Shown here one piece after another: positions 60,881 to 64,000 of a DNA stretch of 64,000 bases. Both the position numbers and the translations under genes were made by a program. Every line of letters begins with the position of its first letter. Positions within the stretch are counted from its first letter, which is position 1. Source of the stretch: Thermoanaerobaculia bacterium (GTDB lineage: Bacteria > Acidobacteriota > Thermoanaerobaculia > UBA5066); NCBI GenBank assembly GCA_044229475.1, contig JBGASW010000006.1:57090-121089 (forward strand), read 5' to 3'. The notes beneath the pieces are model-generated. The model was not told the origin of the DNA, did not search any database, and saw nothing but the letters and a program-made list of their open reading frames with translations.

Positions 60881-63817
60881 ATGACGCACGACCGCACGCC
60901 GTCGCGCCTTCTCGCGCTCGCCTTCCTCGCCGCGCTCCCGGCCGTCGCGCAGCCCTTCCCCCAGGGCCTGTTCGGGGAGATGCGCTGGCGGATGATCGGG
61001 CCCTTCCGCGGCGGCCGCACGGTCGCCGCCACCGGCGTCCCGGGAAACACGAACGTCTTCTACATGGCGCCGAACAACGGCGGCGTCTGGAAGACGACGG
61101 ATGCCGGGCGCACGTGGGTCCCGATCTTCGACGCGCAGCCCTCGGGCTCGATCGGCGCGCTCGCGGTCTCGTGGTCGCGCCCCGACCGCGTGTGGGTGGG
61201 GAGCGGAGAGGGCCTGCAGCGCCCGGACCTCTCCGTGGGGAACGGCATGTACCGTTCGGACGACGGCGGGAAATCGTGGGTCCGCCTCGGTCTCGCGGAC
61301 GGCCAGCAGATCGCGGCGATCGCCGCCGACCCGAAGGACGCCGACCGCGCGTTCGTCGCGGTCCTCGGCCACCCGTACGGCGCGAACGAGACCCGCGGGA
61401 TCTTCAGGACGAGGGACGCGGGTAAGACTTGGGAGAAGGTCCTCTACAGGGACGCGGACACCGGCGGCGCGGCGGTCGCGCTCGACCCGAAGGACCCGAA
61501 CGTCGTGTACGCGGCGCTCTGGTCCTCGCGGCTCGGGCCGTGGGAGAACGGGCAGTGGCAGGGGCCGGGCACGGGCCTCTTCAAGTCCACGGACGGCGGG
61601 ACGACGTGGCGGGCGATCGGCAAGGGCCTGCCCGCGCACGCCCAGGGCGGCGGCCGCATCGGATTCGGGATCGCGCCGTCGGAACCGAAGCGCGTCTACG
61701 CGACCGTCGACGCTCTCGACGAGGAGAAGGAGTCGGGCGGCGGGATCTTCGTCTCGGACGACGCGGGCGAGACGTTCGTGAAGGTGAGCGGCGAGAAGCG
61801 TCTCTGGGGCCGCGGCTCGGACTCCGCCGAGATCAAGGTCCACCCGGGCTCGAAGGACGTCGTGTGGGTCGCGAACACGTCCGCGTACCGGTCGAAGGAC
61901 GGCGGAAAGACGTTCGAGCCGGTGCGCGGCGCCCCGGGCGGCGACGACTTCCACACGATCTGGTTCCATCCGGAAAACCCCGACGTGATCCTTCTCGCGG
62001 CGGACCAGGGCGCGATCGTCTCGGTGAACGGCGGCGCCACGTGGAGCAGCTGGTACAACCAGCCGACCGCGCAGCTCTACCACGTGTCGACGGACGACCG
62101 CTTCCCGTACTGGGTCTACGGCGGGCAGCAGGAGAGCGGCTCGGTGGGGATCGCGAGCCGCGGCGACGACGGCGCGATCACGTCCCGCGACTGGCATCCC
62201 GTCGCGGCCGAGGAGTACGGCTACGTCGCGCCGGACCCGAAGGACCCCGACGTCGTCTACGGGGGCAAGCTCACGCGCTACCGCCACTCGACCAAGGAGG
62301 TCCAGGACGTCTCGCCCGCGCCCCTGCGCGGCACGTACCGCTTCTTGCGCACGGCGCCGGTGATCTTCTCGCCGGCCGACCCGCGCCTCCTCTTCTACGC
62401 GGGGAACGTCGTGTTCCGGACGGCGGACGGCGGCCGCCACTGGGACGTGATCAGCCCCGACCTCTCGCGCGAGAGGACGGCCGTCCCGGCCTCGATCGGC
62501 GTCTTCCGGACGAAGGACCTCGAGACGATGAAGCGCCGCGGCGTCGTCTACACGCTCGCGCCGGCGTACAAGAGCGCCGACGTGCTCTGGGCGGGGACGG
62601 ACGACGGCCTCATCCACCGCACCGCCGACGGCGGGAAGACGTGGGCCGACGTCACGCCTCCCGGGCTCACGGCGTGGAGCAAGGTGTCCATGCTCGCGGC
62701 CTCGCCGCACGACGACCTCACGGCCTGGGCCGCGATCAACCGCATCCGCCTCGACGACATGAAGCCGCACGTCCTTCGGACCCACGACGGCGGGAAGACG
62801 TGGGAGGAGGTCGTGCACGGCCTCCCCGACGACCCCGTCAACGCCGTCAGGGAAGACCCCGTGAGGAAGGGGCTGCTCTACGCGGCGACGGAGCGCATGG
62901 TGTGCGTTTCGTTCGACGACGGCGCGAACTGGCAGCCGCTGCGGCTGAACATGCCCGCGACGTCGGTGCGCGACCTCGTCGTCAAGGGCGACGACCTCGT
63001 GGTCGGGACGCACGGCCGCTCGTTCTGGATCCTCGACGACGTGACGCCGCTCCGGCAGTTGACGCCGGCCGTCGCCGCGGCGCGGGCGCACCTCTTCGAG
63101 CCGCAGAAGGCGACGCGCATCCGCAGGAGCCGCTGGACGGACACGCCCGTGCCCATCGAGGAGCCCGCCGGCGAGAACCCGCCCGACGGCGCGATCCTCG
63201 GCTACGTCCTCGGCGTTTCGTCCGCCACCCCCGTCGTGCTCGAGATCCGGGACGCCGCCGGCGGCGTCGTGCGCCGGTACGCGAGCGACGACGCGCCCGA
63301 GGCGAAGGTCGAGCCGCTCGTCGTCACGGCGGACTGGGCGCGGCCTGCGCTCACGCTGCCCCGGAGCGCGGGACACCACCGCTGGGTGTGGGACCTCCGG
63401 TACGCGCCGCCGCCGGTCTCATCGCGCGAGTACCCGATCTCCGCGGTTCCCTCTCGCACGCCGCCGGAGCCGGAGGGCCCGCTCGTTCTGCCCGGCACGT
63501 ACACCGCCGCGCTCACGGTGGACGGGAGGACGCTCACGCGGACGCTGACGGTCGGGATGGACCCGCGCGTCAAGGCCTCCCCGGGGGACCTCGCGGCGCA
63601 GCATGCGGCCGCGAAACGCCTCGCCGCGGACCTCGCGCGCCTCGCCGAAGCGCGGAAGAAGGGCGCGGACGCCGGGAAGGCCGAGTCCCTCGAGGGGAAG
63701 CTCACGCGCCTCTACGGGATGGTCCAGGAGTCGGACGACGCCCCGACGCCGCAGCTCCTCGCGGCCGTGGACGAGGTCGAAAAGGACTTCGCGGGGCTTT
63801 TCAGCCGCGCACGGTGA
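60881..63817 (+). CDS. secreted VPS10/BNR-repeat glycoside-hydrolase-like protein
   Basis: WRMIGPFRGGR, many SxDGGxTW Asp-boxes, GTHGRSFWILDD; alternative GTG start at 60875. Confidence 0.9.
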   Translation: MTHDRTPSRLLALAFLAALPAVAQPFPQGLFGEMRWRMIGPFRGGRTVAATGVPGNTNVFYMAPNNGGVWKTTDAGRTWVPIFDAQPSGSIGALAVSWSRPDRVWVGSGEGLQRPDLSVGNGMYRSDDGGKSWVRLGLADGQQIAAIAADPKDADRAFVAVLGHPYGANETRGIFRTRDAGKTWEKVLYRDADTGGAAVALDPKDPNVVYAALWSSRLGPWENGQWQGPGTGLFKSTDGGTTWRAIGKGLPAHAQGGGRIGFGIAPSEPKRVYATVDALDEEKESGGGIFVSDDAGETFVKVSGEKRLWGRGSDSAEIKVHPGSKDVVWVANTSAYRSKDGGKTFEPVRGAPGGDDFHTIWFHPENPDVILLAADQGAIVSVNGGATWSSWYNQPTAQLYHVSTDDRFPYWVYGGQQESGSVGIASRGDDGAITSRDWHPVAAEEYGYVAPDPKDPDVVYGGKLTRYRHSTKEVQDVSPAPLRGTYRFLRTAPVIFSPADPRLLFYAGNVVFRTADGGRHWDVISPDLSRERTAVPASIGVFRTKDLETMKRRGVVYTLAPAYKSADVLWAGTDDGLIHRTADGGKTWADVTPPGLTAWSKVSMLAASPHDDLTAWAAINRIRLDDMKPHVLRTHDGGKTWEEVVHGLPDDPVNAVREDPVRKGLLYAATERMVCVSFDDGANWQPLRLNMPATSVRDLVVKGDDLVVGTHGRSFWILDDVTPLRQLTPAVAAARAHLFEPQKATRIRRSRWTDTPVPIEEPAGENPPDGAILGYVLGVSSATPVVLEIRDAAGGVVRRYASDDAPEAKVEPLVVTADWARPALTLPRSAGHHRWVWDLRYAPPPVSSREYPISAVPSRTPPEPEGPLVLPGTYTAALTVDGRTLTRTLTVGMDPRVKASPGDLAAQHAAAKRLAADLARLAEARKKGADAGKAESLEGKLTRLYGMVQESDDAPTPQLLAAVDEVEKDFAGLFSRAR

Positions 63818-64000
63818 GGACGGCGCGCGCGATCTCACGGCCGTCGGCCGGCCGAACGAGCGCTACGCGTCGCGCACCTCCGCCTTCGTCGGTTCTCCCT
63901 TCTAAGAAATCCCCCTCGAACGCTTCCCCTCTGAACTCGACCTCGAGATCGAAGGGCGGGTCCGCGTGCGGCAGCGCCTCGAGGAGCGCGCGGAAGATCG
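63801..64000 (-). CDS. 3' end of probable acyl-ACP thioesterase / hotdog-fold protein (partial)
   Basis: Manual translation ...ALLEALP...LEVEFRGEAFEGD...DGREIARAVLTVRG*. Confidence 0.6.
   Translation of the reverse strand, partial: IFRALLEALPHADPPFDLEVEFRGEAFEGDFLEGRTDEGGGARRVALVRPADGREIARAVLTVRG
63898..63908 (-). repeat. TTCTTAGAAGG intragenic motif, copy 4
   Basis: + strand CCTTCTAAGAAATCC; encodes F-L(TTA)-E-G. Confidence 0.6.

Noticed and set aside
61080-62940. Repeated GACGGCGG...ACGTGG DNA units
   Set aside because: Explained by the protein's BNR/Asp-box repeats.

Overview
GC-rich (roughly 70% by eye) bacterial chromosome segment, densely coding, with about 55 CDS and 3 tRNAs. The gene repertoire (Hanks kinase with beta-propeller, MacB-type permeases, VPS10/BNR protein, Hfq-like Sm protein, wHTH-TPR regulator) suggests an Acidobacteriota/Thermoanaerobaculia-like diderm; this is inference. 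Housekeeping content includes pgi, a ROK kinase, serS, malic enzyme, tryptophanase, a glycosyltransferase operon and a divergent tRNA-Ser pair. Two accessory patches are present: 20.6-27.5 kb between serS and tRNA-Ser(UGA), and about 39.8-47.8 kb after tRNA-Arg(UCU). No CRISPR array, integrase or transposase was seen. Main observations: (1) a 1479-aa RND permease fused in frame to a TolC-family protein through an internal signal-peptide-like linker, a possible polyprotein; (2) a recurrent AT-rich near-palindrome, TTCTTAGAAGG, inside four unrelated genes and read in three different frames; (3) a 5'-truncated voltage-gated channel with a CavMr-type TLEGWVD filter; (4) many promoters that look leaderless, with TANNNT 6-9 nt before the start codon; (5) an 11-bp tandem-repeat operator at a wHTH-TPR/NTF2-like divergon; (6) several decaying genes. 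Start codons were picked by eye and no database searches were run.
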